In this document: piece after piece, positions 35,101-44,900 of the stretch
How the letters are laid out: every line of letters starts with the position of its first letter
Position numbering within the stretch: position 1 is the stretch's first letter
Assembly (NCBI GenBank): GCA_965644315.1
Contig: CBFFRQ010000049.1
Coordinates: 116,454 to 180,453, forward strand
DNA length: 64,000 nt
Source: Caecitellus pseudoparvulus
Lineage: Eukaryota; Protista; Bigyra: Bicosoecida
Direction of reading: 5' to 3'
Program-made: the position numbers and the translations under genes
Notes under the pieces: generated by a model
What the model saw: only the letters and a program-made list of their open reading frames with translations
Databases searched by the model: none
What the model was told of the DNA's origin: nothing

Positions 35101-35447
35101 CCCCCGGTTGGCTGGGGAAGAGCTGGCTGTGCCATCTGGGCTTGGACGGTGGCGGCGACAGGCTCAACAACCAAAGCAAAGGGTGACCCCCCCCCTTGTG
35201 AGTGCCCGGCTGCCATGCGCTTGGCACCCACATCATGTTGAGGCCGCGCCGCGGCTTGCTGGTGGCGCTTGCGTTCAAGGCGAGTAGTTCGAGCTTCTGA
35301 AGCCAGCCGCTCCTGAACCTCACGAAGCCGTTGGACTTGTGCTTCTTTGTACGCCTTCATCCGCCTGCGACGACAATGGACCATATGGCCGCCAAGAGCT
35401 CGTTCGTCGTCGAACTCCTTGTTGCAGAGCTTGCAGCGGGCGCTCAT
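32184..35447 (-). CDS. Plavaka-type (CACTA/Mirage-related) DDE transposase with an N-terminal zinc finger, ~1087 aa, uninterrupted
   Basis: Zn finger CKLCNKEF...GGHMVHC, then PLVIFMDEV...LYPMML (D1), LSADMVE...RCVQC (D2 + CxxC), DPIHAADTG (DxxH) and YPKAHEIQHL...FG...DTDNGEGRH (E). This motif order matches Plavaka/CACTA transposases. Confidence 0.82.
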   Translation of the reverse strand: MSARCKLCNKEFDDERALGGHMVHCRRRRMKAYKEAQVQRLREVQERLASEARTTRLERKRHQQAAARPQHDVGAKRMAAGHSQGGGSPFALVVEPVAATVQAQMAQPALPQPTGGPRKQPGAAKHIPPRHTELVARAIAHADRLSAQSAGSGGGIGGGMGRTILKCLLRFNASKSVLTEIIKEHNKTIKTSEVLLRQEHRTAPQCPMVPSIDKLLEIAAEGTPSPISITVPLPKGLAGGQCEVPSMPLWDVLIRTAAEVPLEDFAPHRGGGVASPEWFPSTLKLPAHNSAAMKVKEKFHFADGLATAHWRRMKDALQLPGGGEISLPAPLEVGHCSLRDPVSVEKQFRPSEAGAAGQTWSHPSNGVFLRNAAERAKARGALSMPLVIFMDEVHPDGAGKHALYPMMLWPLAGDAASMRKAHRATLLAMPPSPKRLPKDDNVLREAGLTSAAATAQAAQSMVLSLVLQPLLAIQKMGGIPKEVTPEQSLALKSAGYRVSQVTAHSRPRQLVEYVQMMPCIIQLSADMVEAWDQFDLLHRRCVQCRCVPGPQLSSLASLKHCQLRVGGEGAGSDEAAAATGHRRGALSAWEAAEKVLGTRLCFLRPPDPIHAADTGAVAARCERFVLAAMTVGPGLAAREALLKSRWEAVKGVTINGTRLDGGRALPWRQNAGGMMRSAERVSRAQWLPLIVGHNQDIIADPQLHTMVQVLCHCTLVVQAYMYVRDTLDEAALLGMQVWLARMVGTQELIAELVQEAASKSGGSSFSCDTSTHYPKAHEIQHLPAAVAGFGVVAALDTDNGEGRHPALIRLWKLCNSAFGAANMPKLLTYASIRRDMLVSEAWVTSASSQVAGEELACLLQGSPLPEMPYLSPVTKAREVLRSPITVWQLLDREDSGLARTIRAALEPCVAGMALDGVLPLGDVNTMLQSVSSTVGTGDRMVGQVRLCSTVLMCFPGGNTSTLCFPAFVVVREEQQQGAAAPAIGSGLFRAVAALVGDAPQDHEKDASIEEVVLLGTFLHPDEAHACIAGWKYVNPLDVAPPANAVGGSVLIAPAVVHPTVVEGHTYTEEPDGDPVLFWLPTITARQH

Positions 35448-35738
35448 TCTGAGTCTTCTGTAGCGTGAGGGCACCGGCGGAGTTCCGTTGCTTGCGTTGG
35501 CGCCCCTACCGTACGTACGCAGCGCGCACAGCGAGGCGAGAACGCAACACAATGCCAGGCAGCCGTAGCATCTTCATGTTGGTCGTTGGTGTGTGTTGGG
35601 CTGTGGGCATTGAAGGCGCCTTGCAACCTCGTCCAGTGCATTTCCAGTCTGTCTCGACATTCCACCGTTGCATGTACTTTCAGACCCACCAAGTCCTCAG
35701 ATACGCTTTTTGTTGCACACCCACCCCAACCATTCACC

Positions 35739-37947
35739 ATGTCACTTCACTTTGATGAAATGGGCTCTGACAGCGAGGATGCAGGGGACACAACGGCAAG
35801 TGTCGTGGCTTCGTTAAGTATCGCCACACCCCTCGAGGCTGCACACCTCTTCAACCGCAGCACGGCTGCCAAAGCTGTGATGGCCGGGAAACGTCGACGG
35901 GATGTTGTGCTTTGGGCATCTCACCCTGGCAACTGCACTGGGTCCGTCGTTGGGGTGCCTGACGTTCTGGAGGGTAATGGTACGTACTGGTTCGCGCCAC
36001 AGGATCGACGCCCGTGCAGCGCCTCCCCACCCCACCCTAGCATCATGTGCAGGTGATGCCAACGCACTCACATGCCTTGATGACAGGGAGCTATTCGGCA
36101 CAGCTAGGGGCGGTTCTAGTGCTGCCATTGCGGCTCGTACGTACCTGCTCTGCAGTCACGGTAGCCACAGCGTTCTAACGGCCACTGCTAAGCTTCGTTG
36201 GACCGGACCAATCCCGCTCCCCTTCCCCAGAAGCCTTCGCCGCAAATACAATGGCGAGCTGCAGACCGATCAAGGCACCAAGGCCGCTTGACCTTGCTGA
36301 GAAGCTTGAATCGGCGAAGGAGCTGCTTGAGTCTATTGGCACGCCCAGCGAGAAACGTCTCATCGAGTTGTTGAACGAGGTTTTCGTTTGGAGCGCAAAC
36401 ACCATGTCCCTTGTCCAACTCTCACTTGGCCTGGGGCAATTCAGAACTTCACAGGTAGTGGGTATGGTTGGTCCACTAACGCAGAAGCAGGAAGCAAAGA
36501 ACTCCAAGAAACGTGGAGCTCGTGGGGGAGACCAGCTGGGTGAACTCTTAGAGCCCGTGGGGGGCGCAGACTCAATCCCATGGCCCCGAAAGTTCAGGGC
36601 AGAAGCCCGCCGCATCGTGGTCGACCTCATCCTCGAGAACCCTTCGTTCATCTTGGCAGACCCCGAGAACCTGGTAGACACACTACGAGCAGCCATCGAG
36701 GCAGTTGAGGCCGAGCAGAACGTTGCCCGAGAGGTGGCTGGAGCCACAGAGGAAGGGGGAGATGGGGTGCCGGTTGGAGCACAAGCCACGAGCCGGGCTC
36801 TAGACGACCCTAGGTTCTCAGCACCGTGGAAGTTCAAATGCCTCGAAAACGTGATAGCAGCAGCGAGGAAGGTTTCGATACAGAAGGAGCTTACCGAGCG
36901 GGGTGGCGTGCTTTGCGCGCTGAAGGACATGGCGAAGAGCAGCAAGAGTGCGAGTTACGCCGGGCTGAAGGCCGCCATGAGCAATGTCAGGAGCAAGTGC
37001 CGCGCCAAAATCACGAGGTGAGTGCCCAGAGGACTCCTTCCGAGTCCGTGGAGCGCAGCATAGCAGACTTCTGAGCATTGCGCAGTTCGGAATGCCTAGG
37101 AAAGTTCGAACCGTGGCACGAGATGCAGAGGAAGTACGAGCCAGTCCATGAGAAGTGCACCGGAGGTGCAAGCATTCAGCTTGACCACGACCCAGCCTTC
37201 TTCGAGGTGTCTTCCGAGGACCCTGAGTACCGCCACAGTTGGGTGCCCAAGGTAAGTATGTGTGTGAGTCTAGACCCGCACAGGTGATGCTGGGCCCGAA
37301 TGCTCCTTTCTCATGCATTCTCTTTGTGCCACAGGCTGAGAGGGGCAAAAAAAGGGCTGATCGATCAAGGCACCGCCTGTGCTTGCAGGAAGTCAACGTT
37401 GCCCGTGAGGCCATCGTCAATCATACCACCATCAAGGCTGTTTTCAAACGCCGGGGATCCGAGGACTCCAGTAGCGGCCCCCGTTTCGACCCCAGCTTCA
37501 GGCGTTTGGAAGCGGCGCTCAGTGGCCCAGAAGATGTGGCAAAAGGGGCCAGGATTGTCTTACGATGGATGGAGGCTGCGTACAACGTTGCTGTCGACTG
37601 CTTGAACGTGAAGAACAAGCAGTGGGTGACTGATTGTGGGGACCTGAGCAGCCTGACCGTTGACGACAAGGTGCGTGCGTGCTGTATGTTGGCCATGCTG
37701 TGGACGTCGTTACGCATGAAGCACCACGTACAGACGGAGATGGCCGTGCTTACGCACAAAATTGTGTCCAGGATAACCTGACATGCCCTCCCTCGACCTG
37801 GCGCCGAGCCATCCGTGCTGAAGCTACTTCATTGTTCTTCAGGTTGTCAAGGTGTGTTTCAATGCAATCGATTCACGGCAGACCGAACTTGTTGCGCTAG
37901 CGAAGAATGTACTACTAGGAAAAATGTCCAGCTGGGCGGTGCGCTAG
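35739..37947 (+). CDS. Transposon-borne spliced orphan gene, ~570 aa; exons 35739-35979, 36053-36136, 36231-37017, 37086-37251, 37335-37670 and tentatively 37843-37947 (alternative stop at 37781)
   Basis: Canonical donors (GTACGT, GTACGT, GTGAGT, GTAAGT, GTGCGT) and CAG acceptors join separate ORF-track fragments into one reading frame. No domain recognised. Confidence 0.65.
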
Positions 37948-38154
37948 TAGTGCGCTGGGCGGCCCTCCGTACTAGTAGCGCCTCGCCCAGCGAAATTTAC
38001 TAGTACCGAGCACAACCACCCCCGCTCACTAGTGTGCCTCTGGGCATGCATTCTCACTAGCATTGCAGTCGCCCCACTCACTTCACTAGCGCAAAATTGA
38101 GCTCTAGAAAAAAAACACTCTTCAAACTCTCCTTACAGAGCGCGCTCAGGTGAC
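37897..38154. repeat. Right subterminal CTAG/CACTAG array and imperfect TIR
   Basis: 9 CTAG between 37897 and 38107, three as TCACTAG. The reverse complement of 38084..38119 reads AGTGTTTTTTTTCTA-N6-AATTTTGCGCTAGTG, matching the left end. Confidence 0.8.
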
Positions 38155-38156
38155 GG

Positions 38157-38174
38157 CACCCTGGCGGGAGCGCC
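38157..38174 (+). repeat. 18-bp direct repeat, copy 2 (CACCCTGGCGGGAGCGCC)
   Basis: Identical to 31307..31324. Confidence 0.95.
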
Positions 38175-38220
38175 GAGCCCTCCGCTGCCTCTCGCTGACT
38201 CTTGCACGCCTTTGCTGAAC

Positions 38221-41200
38221 ATGGAGACCAGTCAGGCAGCTGGCTGTTGTGGCGGGTGCTGTGGTGCAGGGAAGCAAGACGAGTACACAGCCATGGACAG
38301 CACCGCTGAAGAAGGCTCAAAGTGCTGTGGTGGCTGCTGCGGGCCATCCCCCGCAGCACAGGTGAACATCGTCTCCCGCTTTCAACGGGCAGTGGCTCGG
38401 CTACAGGCAGTCATGAACTTCGCTGGTCGTGCCAGTGGTGGCGATAGTGCCTTTTACGTCGTGGCCAAGCTGTATGCTCATGAGGTGAGGGGCTGCTGGC
38501 AGGGCGCATGTCCCCGCAGTTTCCGCCCTGTGCTCGTGCTAGCTTCCCACGCCATTGAGCTCCATGCCGCTTGTGCGCAGAATGTGGACGCGGAGTTGTA
38601 TGACTACCACGATAGATTTCCGAACCAGTTCCGCTTCTACGCCCCCCAGGTGCGTTTTCTCAACATCCACTGCTGCCTGCTGGGTTCCATGTGTGGCTCG
38701 CGCACCAGGCAGGAGGCACGCACGCCGCCCGCCAGGCAAGCCTTCTCTGTCACCCCCCTCCCCTCTCCCTGACACCCCACCAGCTCATGAACGTCTTGCT
38801 GCATGGCGGCATGGCCGACTCTCAACTCCTGGCGACCTTCCTGCTGGGCCAGGCAGAGAAGTGCGTTTGGCCGGGAAGCGCTTGCGGTGCAGCGGCCACT
38901 GCACCGCCCCCGCCCCTCACAGGTCCCTCCTCTTCGCGCACCGCTTGCACTGGTTCCTGAACTCATATGCTGTGCGCACTGCGCCAGCCTTCACCAGCCC
39001 CCTGGTGTCCTCTGTCGCCCAGCAGGTGCGCCCAGCAGCCCCTGGCACAGGTGACCCCCTGGCTGACTTCTATGGCAACCCGTGCCCACTCACGCGCGCC
39101 ATCACCGCCACAGGGCGCACAGCCGCCCGGCGCTTCATGGACTCAGGCCCTGGGCGCTTGGTCTTGGCCGGCACGGCGGGGGCGGGCAAGTCCAGCATGC
39201 AGCTGGTGGCCAGCCCGACACCCGACGCAGCCGCCGCTGCTGGCGCCCAGGACACCCTGGCCTCCCAGGCACTGCTGTCAGACAGCAAGGGCACGACGCC
39301 AGTGCCGCCCCCCGCCAGTGACGCGTACCATGCCCTGGAGGGTAACGGCAGTGAGGAGGAGCAGCCGGTGACGCTGGTGGCGGCAGCGCTGCCTGCCCGC
39401 ATCGCGCCACGTTCCGCCACTGCCCGCCCCGCAGCCTGGTACGGCGCAAACCTCATGTTCTGGGATGAATTCCTGCAGCTCTCACGGCGGCTACGGGAGA
39501 CAGAGGCCGACCAGCGCAACCCCACCCTGCGCAGTCGCTTGGCGGGCATCTCCGCGGCATACCTTGGAGCCCATGTGGGGGACAGAGTGCAGGCGACGCT
39601 ATACGTGCCCGTGGGTGACCCCCATAACCGCATCGTGGCGGTGCACCCCGAGCACAGCTTCTGCTTCAAGACCAAGGAGCGCGTGCCGTTCATGGCAGTG
39701 CTGGAGGTGGTGGGGCTCAGCCCCGTCCTCTTCGGACACACCAAGGCCGCCGCCCGCCGCGCAAGGGTGGGCGCCTCCAACCTCGACGCGTACCTGGCTG
39801 GGCAGCAAACACATGCGCTGCACACGACAGCGGCATACGCGTCGGCTGCCCGGGCCCGGCGGCAGCGCAGGGGCCGCAAGGCCGCACCAGCACCAGCCCA
39901 CCCACCGCCCTCTGCTCCGGAGGCGCACGGGGCCTCCCGCTTCGCTGCGTACACGTGGGGCCTGGGGGACAGCGAGAGCAGCAGTGAGGAAGACGGCGAG
40001 GGCAAGCGCGACCGGGGGGAGTCGGGCAACTTCGCAGACATGTTTGCTGACGCCTCGGAGCGTATGCGGGAGTTGGGGCGAGCTGCGGGCGCCGCCGCAA
40101 CCGCCGCGTTCCAGGGCCTGCACATGCGTGCCCAGAGCGCGACGGGGGCGGCGGCGGAGGGCGCGAAGCGGCGGCGCAAGCGCAGTGCCCGGCAAGGCTC
40201 CGTGGCTGAAGCACTGCCTGACGGCGGTGCGTCGCCAACCAGCAGTGACGGCGGGGGCACCAGTGCCTCCGAGCGCGGGCATGTCGAGTTGATTTCGCCC
40301 CCTCGCCCGGCAGGAGGGAGCGAGGGGGCACGCGGCGGCGCCTGGGGCGACGCCAAGGGTACAGAGGCATCCCCTACACGCCCCATCCTGCCGCCCCGTG
40401 GCATCCGGCCCAAGCGCAGGGGCGGCGCAGCGCGCAAGCAGGCGCCACTCGCGGCGCAGCAGAGCCTGCTCCCCCCCACTCAGCACGACAAGCCGCCAGG
40501 CACCGGGCAGGGGCGGACCCTGAAGGCGCCTTCCCGAGCTCGAGCTGCGCTGGACCACAGCACGCGGTATGGCGTGGGCAGCAGTGTCGACCGTGCCAGC
40601 GCACCGCCGGACCTGGAGGAGGGGGACGGCGACTCCGTCTTCTCAGACAGCGACGGGCAGAACACGCCACCTGCGGCACAGGCTGTGCATGCAGTGGATG
40701 CCCACCTGCACTCGCCAGGCGCGCAGCGGCCGGGAGCACACCCGCTGGGCATGTGGCAGCACGGGCGTGGCGATGGTGTCGGAGCAGGCGCGTCCCATGC
40801 TGCGCCCACCTCCAGCTCGGCGGGGGAAACGCGCGCCTTGAAGGCGGACGCGCCCAGCCGGCGCCCTGCTGCTCTGCGCTCCCCCCCGCCCGGCATGACA
40901 GACTTCGAGGCCAATGGCGGCGTGTCAGACATCGACGAGGCCATCGCTGCCGGCGTGGGGGCAAGGCGAGGGGGTGGTGGTGCAGCTGCTGCAGATAGCC
41001 ACAGACCCCGTGGGGCGTCTGAGGTGGGGTCTGTGGTGGAGGAGGGGGGCGGGGAGGAGGGGCAGGTGGTGAACGTCGCCTTCACGCAGCGGTGGAAGGA
41101 CAAGGCCGAGGAGGTGCGGGCCAGCTCCCCCTACGGACACCACGAAGGCTGGCGCCTTGTGCCCGTCATCATCAAGTCCCACGACGACTTGCGCCAGGAG

Positions 41201-41965
41201 CAGTTCACATCCCAGCTGCTGCAGCAGATGGCAGGCATTTGGAAGGCGGCAGGGGTGCCAGTGTGGCTGCGCCCGTACGACATTCTGGCCACAGACGAGG
41301 ACGGCGGCATCATCGAAGCCATCCCCGACACGGTCTCCTTGCACGCACTCAAGAACGGCGATGACTCCTTCACTGACTTGTCGGACTGGTTCACGCGGCA
41401 CTTCCGACGTGGGCGCCACGGCAGCAAGCGGGACTCCCTGGCTCGGCAGAACTTTGCCCGGAGCCTGGCTGGGTACAGCCTGGCTTGCTACCTGCTGCAG
41501 ATCAAGGACCGCCACAACGGCAACATCCTCCTGGATGCCAACGGGCACATCATCCACATCGACTTCGGGTTCCTGTTCACCTCCTCCCCTGGCGGCAACA
41601 TGAACTTTGAGGCGGCGCCGTTCAAGCTGACGGCAGACTTTGTCAGCGTGCTGGGGGGCAAGGACAGCAGGTTGTTCAGCTACTACCGGTCTCTCTGCAT
41701 TCGAGGCTTCATGGCCCTGCGCAAGGCAGCTCCCAAGCTGCTGCTCCTCGTCGAGATGACGCTGGCCGGCAACAGCCACCTGCCTTGTTTCCAGAAAGGC
41801 CCCGCAGCGGTCATGTCCGAGCTGAACAGCCGCTTCGCGCCACACCTCAACACAGACTCGCAGGTCGCTGACTTCATGAACGGCCTCATCAACAGCAGCG
41901 CCGAAGCCTTCTCGACGTCCATGTATGACACGTTCCAGTACCTGAGCTTGGGCATCCGCGCGTGA
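38221..41965 (+). CDS. PI4KB: Phosphatidylinositol 4-kinase type III beta (Pik1-like); several 5' introns
   Basis: FYAPQ and LFAHRLHWFL (LKU region), FKTKERVPF, IIKSHDDLRQE, YLLQIKDRHNGNILL, HIDFGF and FEAAPFKLT. Confidence 0.93.
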
Positions 41966-41978
41966 GGTGGCGGCCGCG

Positions 41979-44900
41979 TCACAACAAGCTCGTGTCAAGC
42001 GTGGCGCTTGTGTCCAGGGGAATGCCATCGCTGTGGTTGCTGGTGTTCACCTCATCCTCCGAGCCTGCAGGCTGTGAGTGGAGGGGGGCCTCGCCAACCG
42101 CGCCGGGCACGGCACCGCTGGACCCTTGGGCGAAGCCGCCGTCGCCTGACAGGCTGTGGAAGCTGGGCAGTGCGTCAAAACCAGGCACCTGGCCGGCAGC
42201 TGCCGCCAGGGAGATGCGCTGGGGGGTGCGAGACCCCTGCATGCTGTCAATGCCCAGCCTCCCCTGCCTGTCCCCGCGCTGAGCAGCATCGCCAGGGGAA
42301 GGGAGCGGCGCCGGCATGGCCAGGGATGCTGGCACCTCCAAGTCACCAATGCAGTCTCCATCGTCTTCAGTGGTCAGGATGAGGCCGTCGATCACGCCGC
42401 CCTCCCCAAAAGTCGGCTGTGCAGCAGGAGCCCGTGACCCAGCTGCCCCTCCCCGGGTGGGAGGTTGCATGCTGCCCTCGCCCTCTGCCCGCTGCCCCTC
42501 GTGGATGGGCATGCTGCGCCCCACCACCGCCAAGGGAGCAGCCGCGTACACTCCCTCCGTGGCAGGCTGGCCAGGAACACCGGCACGCCCCTGCCCGCCA
42601 CCCTGCCCGTTGCTGGGGCTCCCCACCGTCATGCCGCCGAAGGAGAGAGACCAGTCCACGTCCAGGCCGGACGCCTCATCCCCCCCTTGCGACAGGTGCA
42701 GGTCATCAGCACTGTCGCTGGGCCCGCTGGGGCTGCTCATGCTGCTCTGTGCGCGGGGCATGGGCAGTCCAGGCGCCGAGGCGTGCAGGGCAGCTGTGCC
42801 TGGGACGGGGAAGCCCACAGATCCCAAGGCCCCTGCGCCAGGGGAGAAGGCAGGTGCCAATCCTGCCGCGGGGGTCGTGGAAGGTGCCCCCCACAGCATG
42901 ACGCCCGGCCCCAGGTGGGCGTGGGCTGGGGTGTGTGCGGCGGCCTGGGGACTGGCGGGTGTGCGGGGTGGGTGCCGGGGGCTCATGGTGGCGCCACGGG
43001 GCCCTGCAGCAACAGGCACTGCCTGCGGAGCACCGCCCTCCCCACGCGCGTGCGAGCCTGCCAAGAAGGCATCCCCTGCGCCTTGGCCCCGCGTGCCATC
43101 CCCCGCCTGGAAGTCCCACATCACGCCGGGGCTACCCCCCTGGCTGGGCTGCACTGTCGCACCCAGTGCTGAGGCGATGTCCTCATCACTGTCGCCACCG
43201 TCGCCGCCTGACGCCCCCGCTGAGCTGGCCCACGGCTCCATGGCTGACTGCACGCCTGAGCTGACGCCTGAGGCCGCAGAGACGCCGGAGGCACCGGACC
43301 CCCGCCGGGCTCGCAGGATGGACCGCCTCTCCGAGGGCGCCGTGGCGGCGTCCCCTGTCGGGCTGATGGGCCACGGTGCCTCGCCCTGCGTGGAGGCATT
43401 GCTGCTACGCCGGCTGGAGTCGTGTGCATCGCGCTTCTTCCCACGGCTACCCTCACTCAGTGCGCTGTTGGAGCGCTGGCGTGTGCCGCCCGCACTCCCA
43501 GCATCAGGATACGCAGTCGGTGTGGGTGTGGCGGTCCAGTCAATGTACCCCTGCTCTTGGGACGGCGTCAGGGTGGGCGTCGCGGCGGTGCCGTGCCCCA
43601 GCACACCCCCCGCCCGAATGCGCAGGCCAGAAGAGTCGTCAGTGCCGCTGCGGTGGCGCCTGCGTCGCCCGCTGGCGGCTGGCGAGGGCGGTGCACTGGT
43701 CCGCTGGGCGCCGTGGCTGGCAGAGGGTGCCGTCTGCCACAGCATGGCCGGCGCTGTGGCGGCCAAGAATGCTCCAGGCTCCCGGTCATCCACGCTGTCG
43801 TCCCAGTCGAAGGACGTGCCGAGGTCGCCGCCGCCGTCGCCGGTCGCATCTTGGGGGGGGCTGGGCAGCGGCACGCCGTTCCCCTTGGCTCGGGCACTCA
43901 AGTCCCTGCGCTTCTTCTGGTGGTGGTAGTCTGAGATGGTGTCCACCGATGCCTCCAGCGTGTCCGCTCCCTCTGCCTCAATGCCCGTCACGTCAGGCAC
44001 CGCCACTGGTCGAGGCGTGGGCGTGACTGCACCGGATGCGCGTGCTTTGGCTGCCGCCACAGCCGCGCTGATGCTGGCTTCTGTGCTGGGGCGCGTTGTG
44101 GTCGTGCTGCCAGAGCTGCGTGCCGCAGCAGCTGCAGCAGCGACCGCTTGCTGCTGCAGGAATGCTGCCTGAGCGGCAGCTGGCATGCCCTGCGGTACCC
44201 CGCGCGGCAGCAAGTGCATGGGCACAGGCTGGCCATTGGGAAATACGGGCACGTTCACGGTGATTGGCTTGCCGTGGGGGCCCATGGTGGCCACTGGCCG
44301 GAGCAAGACTGGGCCCACGCCAGGCATGAAGGCCATGGGCCTGGGCATGCCCTGCGCAGGCGTTCCGAAGGCTGGCACAGTGGGGGGCGCCAGGGGGGCG
44401 GAGGTGCTGGGCGCCTGGGACGAGGGGGCGGTGGGCGTGGACCCCGCCGTGGAGGCTGCCAAGTGGGCTTGCATGGCTGCGACAGCCGCTGCAGAGGGCA
44501 TGCCCATGCCACGGGGCATGCCTTGCGGCAGCAGCATGAGGCCACGCGGCGTCTGCACGAAGGCGCCGGAGGGGGGCGTCATGACCATGCCAGGCGCCAT
44601 GCCGGGCGGCCTGGGGAACAGCGGCACATGCATGAGCACCCCCCCTGGTCCGGGGACAGCCACCATGCGAGGCATGCCACGCGCTGCCATCATCTTGGCG
44701 GCGGCCATGGGGAAGGGCATGCCCCGAGGCACGCCAGCGGAGGCTGCCGGCTGGCTTGTGGGGGGCACAGGGGGGGGCGCAGAAGAAGTGGCAGCCTTGG
44801 GTCGCGGCGCAGCAGCGGGGGCTGGCGTGGGGCTGCTGCGCTTGGGCACACGGCGCCGGGTACCGCGCCGCAGCGCTGGCGTGTTGCCCTTGGAGCGATC

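Larger units (their letters stand above)
31305..38156. mobile_element. Plavaka/CACTA(CMC)-related DNA transposon, apparently full length, with two divergent genes
   Basis: Internal DDE transposase ORF, imperfect inverted homology between the two ends, CTAG arrays at both ends and an 18-bp direct repeat at both borders. It sits in the interval between two divergent host genes. Confidence 0.85.

Noticed and set aside
31325-38034. Canonical CACTA...TAGTG element ending at 38034
   Set aside because: No matching short TSD at those positions, and the inverted homology continues to at least 38119.
31305-38156. Helitron, virophage/Polinton or tyrosine-recombinase element
   Set aside because: No Rep/helicase, capsid, packaging ATPase, pPolB or R-H-R-Y recombinase motifs were seen in either ORF.
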